A DNA stretch of 61,555 nt, the filler included, from Choristocarpus tenellus KU-1152 (lineage: Eukaryota > Protista > Phaeophyceae), in the NCBI GenBank assembly GCA_964200185.2. It is 8 parts of 8 records of this genome, joined end to end, with 100 filler letters (N's around TTAATTAATTAA, not from the genome) between each part and the next. Parts side by side here need not be neighbours in the genome. Positions count along the whole stretch, not along the records: positions 1 to 3,199 come from CAXNAD020021606.1; positions 3,300 to 10,230 come from CAXNAD020007031.1; positions 10,331 to 19,497 come from CAXNAD020003923.1; 5 more parts are not named here. The stretch is one strand, 5' to 3'. A model generated the notes under the pieces. That model saw nothing but the letters and a program-made list of their open reading frames with translations. It did no database searches and was not told the origin of the DNA. Positions 1 through 15,100 of this stretch are shown piece after piece. The translations under genes were made by a program, and so were the position numbers. Numbering within the stretch: position 1 is the first letter of the stretch; the number at the start of each line of letters is the position of its first letter.

Positions 1-73
1 AGAGCAAAAAAGTGAAAATCGAAAGAAGGGTGAAAAACGGACGCCGACACCCCCCCCCCAGATACTTTGACCC
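1..73. mobile_element. MITE family C, one end only (contig start)
   Basis: Ends GGACGCCGACAC-polyC-AGATACTTTGACCC. The same end occurs at 3380-3515, 10331-10367 and (reverse) 19413-19497. Confidence 0.7.
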
Positions 74-85
74 ATGAGTTGAGTC

Positions 86-870
86 CGTCACAACACAAGT
101 AGCTCTATCAGGACGTGTCTTGCGTTTTGTTACAGCATACCCCAGCACTCACCTCCACAGGATTTATAACTCAAATCCAACAACCTTAAAACGACGCTAC
201 GCGGGGTTCCACAGATGATGACCATGTATGGTGTCAGTTGATGCTTAGCTCAGTCAATGTCTCGCTTTTCGCTTTGTCAAAAGAGGGTAAGGATCAAAGA
301 ACTGAGTCGTGGTCAACGACTCAGCCTTTTATTAATATCATTCACCGTTTTTCTACGGCCAATGAGTTAAATGACGACTGCAAACTGCTTTGTAAAACTC
401 CGTCCATACATCTTTATTCTGCAACTTTCAGGAATTGACATCTAATTCTGTAAGGTTATGTATGCATTTCGAATCTTAGTCTGCATCTTCTATCAATTCA
501 AAGTTCCTCTTATATGAATTCTTACGTATGTATACTGTTCGCGCATTTTGGCATGCAGAAAGAAATGCTCACGCTATTCGCCTGTAACATTTTATGCTGG
601 AGACAACAGGGAGATCGGCAAGGAGGGGCCTGTCAGAATTCTTAGGATGCTTCCCTAGCTCCTCGCCCGGGAGTGTACGGCTAAGCTAGGTTGGAGGCAT
701 AGGAGGGGGGTGGTGTAACATAGCTGGTAGTAAAATAGTAAATAGATGATAGAAAACTGCCTTCGCATTAATGGCAACTGTTAATTATATAGGTGTTATG
801 ATATTTCATTGGTTTTTCATTGGTTTTTCCCCTGATACATCTCCAAAATATCAGAAGGCATTATAATAGA
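86..870 (+). mobile_element. 3' fragment of CRE-like non-LTR retrotransposon, interrupted by a solo LTR
   Basis: 88-127 (ACAACACAAGTAGCTCTATCA..CGTGTC) and 594-860 align with 1950-2258 of the second copy; 128-589 is an insertion relative to that copy. Confidence 0.8.
128..589 (-). mobile_element. Solo LTR (462 bp)
   Basis: Termini TGTTACAG...CTGTAACA with flanks GTTT/TTTT (imperfect 4-bp TSD). The reverse complement aligns along its length with the LTR at 29174-29714. Confidence 0.85.
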
Positions 871-949
871 ATAACGTAATACCAGTCTCTTAAGACTATT
901 TCATTCAGACTACCGATTTTTTGTTATATTGATGTCCATTGATATTGAC

Positions 950-2260
950 ATCTAGGGCACAATAAGGGCCTTGGGATCATACATCCAATCCATCTTTCGA
1001 CTGGGATCCCTTCAGAACACTTGACGGAAATTATTGACCAAGGCTGGGTAACCTGGTGGAGGAAGAACAACCCCCACCTACCTTCCCCAAAGGTCCACAC
1101 TCTGGCAGCCCATGATGCCAGGATCACAAGGAGGGCACAACACGAGATCATCCACCTTCTAAACAGGATCTGCTTTGACTCTTTCCAGACGCAATTGGTC
1201 GACTTACTTGACGAAGCTGAACAAGGGAAAGAAAGTTCTTCGCTAGCCCTGGCCCACCACCAGAGTCAGGGTAGACAAGGGACAAATGCGTGGGCCTCCA
1301 CACAACCCCTGGAACCAGCATGCCAGATCCCTCCCATAGAGTTTAGACTCACCGCCAGCTGATCCCTAGTGAGCGAGGAGGCCCTATCAAACAGGTACCC
1401 AGTTGCTGGGTGCGGGAGGCAAAATGCGTGCACTAGACATGCTCATACCGGCTCTAGGGCAGATGGACAGGTCCGCCACTTCACCCCAATGGTGAAGCGT
1501 CGAGGTCAAAACTGCAAGGAAATAGGCATCCCTTGCACTATGGAGGACGGTAGTTCATTCACAGTGGACTAAAATTTCGGCATGGACCTGGTCTTCCATG
1601 CAAGGGCACTTGTGGACGCCGGATCAGCCCCCTACTGGGAAAAGGCCTCCTTCTAGACGTAACATTAGTGGAAGTGCAAGCAGCCTCCCATCTACCACAC
1701 TCATCCACTAGCAATGGTGTAGCTGCTGCTGCAGCTGAGCCACAAAAGCGCACCCATTTCAAGGATTCTTTTGGCCCTCGTAGTTATAACCTCAACACCT
1801 TCGCGGTGGAAAGTTTTGGGCACCCCAGTAAGCAAGCATAAAGTTTTCTGGATGAGTTAGCTACACATGCGGTAGTGGGGAGAGGGGTGGGAGGCTACCG
1901 CAGGAAAGGGACTGTCAAATCCCGTTTACTTCAGATAGTGCCCATCACAACAACACAAGTAGCTCTATCAAGACGTGTCATGAGTTTAAGCTGGCGAAAC
2001 CAGGGAGATGGGCAAGGAGGGGCTTGTTTGATTCTTGGGATGCTTCCCTAGCTCTTCACCCTGGGGTGCAGGGCTATGCTAGTTTGGAGGCATAGGATGG
2101 GAGTGGTGTGGCATAACTGATAGTAAAATAGTAAATTGATATTAGAAAAATATATTTGACATTGACGACAACTGTTACTTATTCAGGGATTGTTCTGATA
2201 TTTGATTGGCTTTTCATTGTTTTTTCCCTTGACACGTCTGCAAAACGTCAGAGGGCATGG
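950..2260 (+). mobile_element. 5'-truncated, degenerate CRE-like non-LTR retrotransposon (C-terminal restriction-like endonuclease + 3' UTR)
   Basis: Translation with stops and frameshifts gives GLLLDVTLVEVQ...AAAAAEPQKRTHF...TFAVESFG...FLDELA, the RLE motif pattern of CRE/R2-group elements. The 3' UTR is shared with 594-860. Confidence 0.75.
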
Positions 2261-2279
2261 GGGAAGTTTATGAAGTAAT

Positions 2280-2830
2280 TTGAGTTTTGCAGCCAGGAGA
2301 ATTGTGGTAGGAGTGACTTATGGCGAAAAGGGTGATGATTGGGATAAGAGAACAATATTGGTGGGATGAACTAAGACTTCAAGACAGAGTGGGTAGGAAA
2401 CAGAAGAGGGAGGAGAGAAGTTGAAAAAATTGTGGTAGGGGGAAACATGAGGTAGGAGGCAATGGGTCAGAACATAAGGAAACCTGATTTTGGCGGGACA
2501 TGACAAGCATGGCTAGAATAAGGTAACCTCCGAGCAATCTCTCCCACCCACCTTTATATTGCTCGTGACTGACTGGAATGCCGGGGACAAGAGGGGCGGA
2601 GGTGAAGTTCGGGCGGGGTAGATATCTTCTAGTTCAAAGGTACGGTATGAAGTCGATGATGAAGGAGTGTTCTTGGAAAATGTGGAGTGGGGTTGAGTGG
2701 TGTGGTGGAGTGGAAAGTGGGGGAAAGTGTTGTGGGATTGAGTGGCGTGGAATGGTGTAGTGAAGCGGGAAATAGGGGAAAGTGTTCTGAGGGGGAGTGG
2801 TATTATATTGTATGGGGTGAGGGGAAAGGG
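2280..2830 (-). mobile_element. Degenerate repeat with coding relic, probably LINE-derived
   Basis: Peptide YRTFELEDIYP...VGGRDC matches YRPFELEHIYP...VGGKDC at about 9600-9730; nucleotide similarity between 2521-2670 and 9592-9760. Confidence 0.5.
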
Positions 2831-2833
2831 GTT

Positions 2834-3153
2834 GTGACTGGAAATGAGTGGCGAAGGGGTCACACTGGTTAGTCATCAGATGTGGTTGGTGACTGGAAAT
2901 CAATGGCGAAGGAGTCACACTGGTTGGTCATCGGATGGGGTTGGTAACTGGACATTAGTGGCAAAGGGGTTGCACTGGTTGGTCATCGGATGGGGTTGGT
3001 GACTGGAAATCAATGGCGAAGGAGTCGCACTGGTTGTTTCGCGGATGGAGTTGGTGACTGGAAATCAGTGGCAAAGAAAGGGGTCGCACTGGTTGTTCAT
3101 CGGATGGGGTTGGTGACTAGAAATCAGTGGCGAAGGGGTTCGCACTGGTTGGC
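2834..3153. repeat. 55-bp tandem repeat, about 6 units
   Basis: Unit GTGACTGGAAATCAATGGCGAAGGAGTCACACTGGTTGGTCATCGGATGGGGTTG starts at 2834, 2889, 2944, 2999, 3054 and 3113. Confidence 0.9.
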
Positions 3154-3199
3154 CGCAAGTGGTGTTACAATGGAGAAGAGTAGAATGGGTGGAATACAA

Positions 3200-3299
3200 N
3201 NNNNNNNNNNNNNNNNNNNNNNNNNNNNNNNNNNNNNNNNNNNTTAATTAATTAANNNNNNNNNNNNNNNNNNNNNNNNNNNNNNNNNNNNNNNNNNNN
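3200..3299. other. Artificial contig spacer (also 10231-10330, 19498-19597, 24190-24289, 27809-27908, 32361-32460, 41190-41289)
   Basis: Identical 44N-TTAATTAATTAA-44N linker (stops in all six frames) occurs seven times. Confidence 0.98.
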
Positions 3300-3377
3300 T
3301 TGTGAGTACATTTGGAGAAATTGTAGGCATGATTGGTGGTGGTGGGAGGGTCAGTGATCGTTCTCCTTTGTGGGGTA

Positions 3378-3515
3378 GCGTCCGTTTCGGTCAACAAACT
3401 CCTTTTATTGCAGACATTTCAAATTCGACACATGCAACCAAATCACACCAAAAAGCGAAAATCGAAAAAAGGGTGAAAAATGGACGCCAACACCCACCCC
3501 CAGATACTTTGACCC
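3378..3515. mobile_element. MITE family C copy (one outer terminus missing)
   Basis: GCGTCCGTTTCGG...AAAAATGGACGCC...CCCAGATACTTTGACCC. Confidence 0.7.
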
Positions 3516-4161
3516 TGAGGGGTCATCTATCATAGCTGAGAGAATAGTTGTGGTATTATCCTTGATAGCTTCACTGCAGTTGCTTTGTAGATACACTGAA
3601 ACCCAGGGTGCCTACTCTGTGATTGTTCCTTGTCATCCAATCAGCTTTTTTTACTGATTAGCACATTACTATTGGGTAAGGTGACTCTAGCTCAAGAGAC
3701 CTTGACATGTACAAATACTATGTAACACCTTCAACGGCAGTAGTCTCTATTGTTACATTCACTGTTAGTCCAGTACTCTAACCCCTATAAACTCTGACAT
3801 ACACATTTCCAACACACAGAAGGCTTAACATACATTTCAACACATCTGAACTTGTGTCCTACATCAAGTTACAGTTCCATCCAACATACTCCAAGGCCTC
3901 AGTGGTAACAATTCATAGCCACAGCATGCACCAAATAAGTTTACTGAAAATCCATGCATACATTGTTGCCATTGTCACAGTAGTGGCAGTAAGGGTAAAT
4001 CATCTTGGGGTTAAGGAAACATGAAAAAAAGAGGGTGAAAGCGTTATAAATAGCAAAGTCAAAGGGAAAAGAAGTCAATGGAAAAACCCTGGGCCTTACT
4101 CCTGTCATTTTGTTGTGATGTCCCTTTCCACCACATGGCTCATGCAGGGTCTCTTAGCAAT

Positions 4162-8395
<4,234 letters not shown>

Positions 8396-9299
8396 AGTCG
8401 CTGTCCTTTTCCCAGTAGCAATTTGATAATTCAAGGACGAACCTGCCTAAAATGAGCCGTCTCAGGATTCAGCCTTCACCTCTAGAGACACAAGAAGGAC
8501 TTTGTGCGCAGATCTTTACGACAAACGCGGATAACGGAGGCAGAGGAGAGGGAACAACACGGGTCTATCCCAGTCAATATAGAAACACACCGTCTCCTAC
8601 TCAAGTGACAATCCGATCTTTGGTATTTGATAATTGATAATAGGAAGAGGCGCGCATTATGCGCGCAACGTTAATTTGGTAACAGCCAATATATCCCTCA
8701 ACATTTCATCTCAATAATAATACTCCCGCCTGCCTACTAACTCATAATAATGATCGACCTACATCATTGATATTTTGCTGGTCTTCACGCCAACCTTCTT
8801 TTCGAAGAAAAATCTTGTTCCCATGATCCACACCCCATCTGGGAACCGTCTTGTATCCTACCAATCACTATACCACACAAAAAACGCGAGAAACTAGAAA
8901 AAGGGGAGGTGACGAGGAATCTTTATTAGAGAGAAGAATGCTGCAATGGAGATCCAGACAAGACTCGACGGAGGAAGTGGAGCGATGAGGGGTGGGATGA
9001 ATGAAGTTGATAGGCGAAGCAAGGCATGGACGGAGGTCGTGCAATTCGTCCTATTATGAAGTGGAAAAGTTGGTTACACCACCAGCAGCAGCAGCAGTAG
9101 TAGGTAGGTGGTATATCAGTATCGATGTATGTATGAGATAGGTACTACATACACTGTCAAACTAAGTAGTTGAAGTGTGTGTAGTATTAATACCTCTCTG
9201 ACCACGGATGGGGATAGTTCCCATCATAGCCTAAAACGAATTAATATTAACTGTACTGTATTTCATCCATGGTAACTTACCTTTCTTGAACCAAAACAG

Positions 9300-9990
9300 G
9301 ACTACTACTTGAACATACAAGTAATATAAAATTATAAAGGAATCTAAGTTACATTGGTGGGAGATTATTTTTGTGATAATAAGTTGATTAATGAGTGGCT
9401 GATGTGATGTAGGGAAAGAAAAAGTATGGAGGTTGGAACAAGGAATGATGAAATAGTTCAATTGATAGAGAAGAGGAAGTATAAGAACTGGGAATTGAGA
9501 AAGTTGATGGGAATGAGTGACCATGAACTGTGTTGAAGAGAAGTTGATCAGTGAGGCCTTCTGTAATGGAATCTTGAAGGTATTCAGGGACAAGGTATCG
9601 TTAATTTTTTATGCAATCTTTCCCACCCACCTACCGTCTTGATTCCTCACGGTTGAGCGGGATGATGGGGGAGTGGGAGGACTCAATCTCTGGTGGGGTA
9701 GATGTGTTCGAGTTCAAAGGGACGGTATGGAATGCAAGTGGATGAATGTTGAGTGTTTCGGAGGAGTATGGGGTGTCTTGGATTAAGGTTGAGCGTTTTG
9801 GGAGGATCCTTGAACGACGAGAACAATCGTTCGTTCTGGGAGTTCAGATGCAGATTTCCCGCATCAGTTTGTGAGCGTATATATATATATATATGTGTGG
9901 AAATTGACCACATTCTCTTGTGAGTGGATATGAGGAAATTGGCTGCATCGGTTTGTGAGTGGTGGTGAGTGGACAAAATGGTCGAAGAAC
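9300..9990 (-). mobile_element. Degenerate repeat with coding relic (same family as 2280-2830)
   Basis: Stop-riddled frame containing YRPFELEHIYP and VGGKDC; strong pyrimidine skew on the minus strand. Confidence 0.5.
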
Positions 9991-10018
9991 AAGGGTTAGG
10001 GTTTGATAGATAAAGTTG

Positions 10019-10196
10019 GACTCGAAGCATCTGGGGGGGGGGGGGGGGGTGGCGGCTGTCCATTTGGGGTCAATTTTTTCATGCCGCAATTTTTTGATGG
10101 CTTGGTTGCATACGTCAGATGGATAATGTAAATGCACTTTTCCTGATTTTTGGGCAAATGGACACCCTGGTGTAGGTTCCCCCCCCCCCCCCCCCA
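10019..10196. mobile_element. MITE family A copy (right end degraded at contig edge)
   Basis: polyG-TGGCGGCTGTCCATTTGGGGTC...CAAATGGACACCCTGGTGTAG-polyC; homologous to 11712, 54095 and 61348. Confidence 0.85.
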
Positions 10197-10379
10197 GTTT
10201 TCGGTTTTTGGGTTTGCGGGTGTGGTGGATNNNNNNNNNNNNNNNNNNNNNNNNNNNNNNNNNNNNNNNNNNNNTTAATTAATTAANNNNNNNNNNNNNN
10301 NNNNNNNNNNNNNNNNNNNNNNNNNNNNNNGGACGCTGACACCCCCCCCCCACAGATAATTTGACCCACCTGTAATTAT

Positions 10380-11190
10380 ACACTCTCGACCAACTTTCTA
10401 CCAAGCTTGCCAAAGCAGACCTCACAGTCGGCAGCTCAAAGCTTCAGCATTAACTCCATGCCATAGGAGCAACGCAGGTTCGGCAGTCATCACCTAGCTT
10501 TACGTTTTCTCACAAGAAGGACTGGGTGGACCTTGAGCAGATCTCCCGCAGCCAAAAACATACAGGACTGGCCTCAACAAGGTTCACCTCGATGATGTGT
10601 GGTTCTACCTCATCTGCGACGGAGAGAAGGTGCCTTGCCTTGTTGTCAATGCAGAGGGCTGTTGGAGAGGTATGCGCTCAAGTTTGCACCGGTGGGGTTG
10701 TGAGAGTGGTGGGCCGCTCCACGCTGCACCAGGATCATAAAACAATGAGCCGAGCATTCCCCATTCTGTGTTCCATTCTTTCGGAACCATTTCAGAACGG
10801 AATTCTTCGCAGAATTCTTCGATAGAATATTCCAAGGTATCCATCGCAAAATCTGTTTTGTAATTGGAGGTTATCTTGAAGAGGTACAACTTAACGCCAG
10901 ATATTTGTGGGACAGAGGGAGTATATAGGCAAGGAAACGAAACAATGCACACAATTCATGGTATCACATCACCTGAGACATGCCCAATGCAGAACGGCCA
11001 TTCTGTTGGCGAAAGAAGCAGAGCAGGTACTCCCCACTTGTGGAGTACTCACAGAGAGCGAGGAGGAGTTCTCTAAGGTGTTGACCTGTTTCTGGCACTC
11101 AACTCGTGAGCCCCTCAGACAAGATCATGAAGATGAGCAAGGGGAATTACCCAACTTGGAGGGCCTGCAAGTTTGAAGTTGGAGAGTTGG
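10380..11190 (+). pseudogene. Mariner/Tc1-superfamily (plant/stramenopile mariner-like) transposase relic
   Basis: Frame near 10582 reads VHLDDVWFYLICDGEKV, resembling the (V/I)H(I/L)DEKWFY first catalytic Asp motif; frameshifted, with downstream motifs not recognisable. Confidence 0.55.
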
Positions 11191-11201
11191 GACTTGCAGG
11201 A

Positions 11202-11461
11202 GAGTCAAGGTGTCTTAGAGGGTAGAACCGCGTCCGTTTGGGGGCCAAAATCCAATGTTGCGATTTGGACGTAATTTGGGCGATCGTGTTTGTTAGGAAG
11301 TGTCAATATCCTTGTTCCGGACACACCTTTTCATAACATGTACATTTTACCTGCTCCGAAACATCTCGGAGTAGGAAAATTTCATAAAGAACCCATGGGA
11401 AGCCAAGCCCCAAACGGACAAACAGGGCAATACTCGTACCCTCTAAGATACTTTATAACTC
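11202..11461. mobile_element. MITE family B copy
   Basis: TCTTAGAGGGTA...TACCCTCTAAGATACTTT inverted termini; about 260 bp, homologous to six other copies. Confidence 0.9.
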
Positions 11462-11711
11462 TTGTCCATTATAATGGTGGCTGTTTCCACTTATCTCATT
11501 AGCTCATCATCATAACATCCTCTACCACCTTCAGAATACCACAGTGCATAGGAAGCATAAGAAAAGTCGCTACCTATCTCACATACAGGCATACTATGTG
11601 CCATATCAGTTCCCTCATATATTGGTTCAAGTTTGCCTTCTTGTTTCCTCTTTGTTTTCCCCCTTCTTCTTCTTTACACAAGAAGTTGTCAGTTTCATAT
11701 CATGTAGTGAT

Positions 11712-11887
11712 GACCCAAAGTATCTGGGGGGGGGGGGTCTACACCAGGGTATCCATTTGGACCAAAATCAGGAAAGGTTTATTTACATTTTCCATCAGAA
11801 GTATGCAACCAAACCACCCAAAAATCACGACATGAAGATATTGACCCCAAGTGGACAGCCGCCACACACCCCCAGATACTTTGCGCC
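11712..11887. mobile_element. MITE family A copy (reverse orientation), TSD TGAT
   Basis: TGAT|GACCCAAAGTATCTGGGG...CCCCAGATACTTTGCGCC|TGAT. Confidence 0.92.
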
Positions 11888-12740
11888 TGATTGTTATTTT
11901 TCTTGACTGGTATTGCCCCCTCATAAGACACTAATTTCACTCTGCACTACGTGTACCAGATACACATCAGGATGCAATATAACCAGATTTAAAATATCTT
12001 CAGAAACCCTTCCCAGCCAAGGTGACAAGGGAGACAGAGCATGCATTTCTTCATTTGAGCGTCTCAATGAATTACCACAATTTCACATAAGCCATCATCT
12101 GATTGAGCAAAACATGTCATCAGATCTGCCAGAACAAATTCACCGGTGCTTTGTTGCACTACGACATTCTTCGCCACAAGCTAGCAACAGCACAACCAAG
12201 CACAACACTTACGAACTCAGGTTTCAACAGTTTATGAGCCTCACACGATTCCTCTTCTTAAAACGTGAGGTTTCAACATATTACAGTCTCATAATGTCCC
12301 TTGTAGTTGTTATTGGATTCTATCACTCCAGGCTATGTCTCCACACACTTTGTACCCCCGTTCTTGGCTACCAATCCTTGTACTTCAGAGATTGGATTCC
12401 CCTTTTGGATTTATCATCGGTATCTCCCCAGATATGACCTAAGCCATACCTCACATCTGTATTAGTTGTATTCTTTTTATTACTGCTGAATGTCATGAGA
12501 TAGAAACTGTAGTACTGAGTGCTTTGAAAGATTTGGGCTGGTTTGATAGGGCGTTCTCTAAGTCTCTCCTTCCCTCCCCCTCCTTTTCTTTCTAGGAATA
12601 CGAGTTCTTGGACTTCCAATGTCTGTGCCATACCTGTGTTCTCGAGTCCACATTCCCACCCCTAGTCAGGGATCAATCCATTGCTAAAAAATTGCTCATG
12701 CGCCATTATCATCAGCGTCTTGCGTAATCTGATAGTGACT

Positions 12741-12910
12741 AGCCTGGATGGGTTACTTAAAGACTAGAACGTGCAACGTACATGCATTAGTCTAGACCAG
12801 TCATAGCTGCCGGTGAGTTGTCTAGGTCGTGAGAAATTCATAGCTAGATAAGTATGTGAGATCAGCAAAGTGTGCATTACTCTGAGATGTTTCAGGGGTC
12901 CATCCAGACA
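12741..12910. mobile_element. Possible short LTR-like or TIR element
   Basis: CTGGATGG near the start and CCATCCAGACA at the end (inverted, CA terminus); single copy, left terminus degenerate. Confidence 0.25.
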
Positions 12911-13154
12911 TTCCGACTCTCCCTAGTCGATTACCATCCCTTTTTTTTAAATGCGATGTAGCATACTGTTTATATATATCCCCCTTTCAATCTAAACAGA
13001 TCCATTTCCACCCCTTGTTAAGCTCAAAACTATTGGAGACGTTCGTGCCATATCACTGTAACCATCTGCATATATCCGTCTCATTAACTACACTATTCTG
13101 CCCTGAATCTCCCCCCGCCCCTTTGATTGACTTGAACTGATTATCCCTCTATTG

Positions 13155-13393
13155 GAGCCAAAGTATCTTAGAGGGTAGAGCCGCGTCCATTTGGGGGCCA
13201 AAATCCAATTTTGACTATCGTATTTGTTAGGAAGTGTCAATATCCTTGTTGCAGACACAACTTTTCATAACATATACATATTACCTACTTCGAAATATTT
13301 TGGAATAGGAAAATGTAAAAAAAAAAACGAGGGAAGCCAAGTCTCAAATGGACAAACAGGGCAAAACTCGTACCCTCTAAGATACTTTCACTC
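13155..13393. mobile_element. MITE family B copy, TSD ATTG
   Basis: ATTG|GAGCCAAAGTATCTTAGAGGGTA...TACCCTCTAAGATACTTTCACTC|ATTG. Confidence 0.93.
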
Positions 13394-13449
13394 ATTGCGC
13401 ACTATACCATGTTCTCCTGTTATCACTATTTCCTTCACTGTGGTGACCT

Positions 13450-15100
13450 GTTAGTGCTTGTAGGAAGGACGACGATGCATACTCCCTAAACCACAATACA
13501 TCGTAGCCCCAATCCCGACTTTCTTCGTCATCAACCAACCTACCACCACCCTATAATGCAACCTACTATGGTAAATTGTCACCCTTAAGTCACGTGGTTA
13601 TCCCAGCTTGTAAGCAAGGTGGTGCAGGACCTGCAGCTAATCATTTTTCTCCCCCCCTCCAATATTGGCCTGCCCTTACTATCCTGCTTATTTTTCTAAT
13701 TTGAAATTCTCGCACAATCAATTTCTGTAACTATCGCCTATTATTTATAATCTTTGTAGCACTGGCAGTCATTCTTCTGCTAGTTCCCAATTCTTAATTT
13801 CGTGGCATTGACTCCACCTACACTCCCAACCTACCAAGAGCCCTCATCCAGTACTCTGAAATATCTATACAGGTTTTTCTTATTTGTTTTGTCCTTATGC
13901 CACGGTATATCCTAGATTGTAGCTATGCTGCATAAAAGCTATAACTACTCATGTTGACATAACCATCGATTCAAAGGGTGCCTATGAGCCAAAGTATCTT
14001 AGAGGGTAGAGTCGCGTCCATTTGGGGTCCAAAATCCGATGTTACGATTTCGATGTAATTTTGGCTATCATGTTTGTTAGGAAGTATCAATATCCTTGTT
14101 CCGAACGCGCCTATTCATAATGTATACATTTTACCTACTCCGAAATGTTTTGTAGTAGGGAAATGTCATAAAAACCCCAAGGGAAACCAAGCCCTACATG
14201 GACAAACAGGGCAAAATTCGTACCCTCTAAGAAGGTACTTTCACTCCTATGCCTAGTAGACATCCCATTACTAGCCTTGGATCTTCCACGCATGACCCTT
14301 CTACGAAGTGGTCACCTCTATATCATCCTATGATGAGCCCTCACTGCTCGATTTTCTTCCCATAGGGATTGGGGTGAACAATATTGGCAGCGGAAAAACA
14401 ACCCACTCACTCTATCACTGATCAATATAGATCTGATATCTGCCCCAGCTCTAAAACTCAAGCGATATCTGACCAGCAAGCACTCTACAAGGTTGTCTCA
14501 GGCACACTACTCCTACCCTGACCCATTATCTGTTATTTTTATCCACTTTACGACTCGTCCCCGTGTACCCCTTTGACTATAACTCCGGCAGGCCACTTAA
14601 CCCTTTTCCGCCCTGCTGTGGGTACCAACCTACAGAGTATTAACATTGATGTCCAAAAGTATTAACACTTACTCCCACATCTGCCAAGACCACTAACGTT
14701 GGAATCGGACCAACTCGACACTTGCCCGTCTTATCCCTTTTCTACTTCACGGTAACATCGCGCTCAATCCTCTGTTCCTTTTTCTCTAAATTACCCAGGA
14801 TATCTCCCCTCCTACAACTCATTTCTTTAACTTCTTTCCTCCCTCTCCTAGCCGGTCAGTACTTAACTATTCGTTCCCTTCTCACTCATTCTTATTCTTC
14901 TTTCTGTCCCTTGCCTTCCCCTGTACCCCGACCAACCAGAATTCTTCCGCTTACAAAACTCAGATTACTTCATATACTTTCCCTTTACAAATTGTTCCAT
15001 TCATTTAGGAGGTTATTTGGATCAATCAGAAGTCACATCCATTTCGAACCTTCCGATTTCGAAGACTTTTTTGTATGAAGTTCAAATATTACTTCGAACC
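13450..15100 (+). mobile_element. Highly degenerate LINE reverse-transcriptase relic, interrupted by MITE B
   Basis: Fragments NFCNYRLL (about 13720), ITIDSKGAY/VDIPLL (across the MITE; resembles RT motif D..GAYD.V) and PIGIGV; HIHFEPSDFEDF resembles the YRPFELE.IY relics. Confidence 0.4.
13986..14246. mobile_element. MITE family B copy, TSD CTAT
   Basis: CTAT|GAGCCAAAGTATCT...TACTTTCACTC|CTAT. Confidence 0.93.

Noticed and set aside
10031-10196. Poly-G/poly-C tracts as independent regulatory G-quadruplexes
   Set aside because: They are the spacer of the MITE TIRs and coincide with contig breaks, so their lengths are unreliable.
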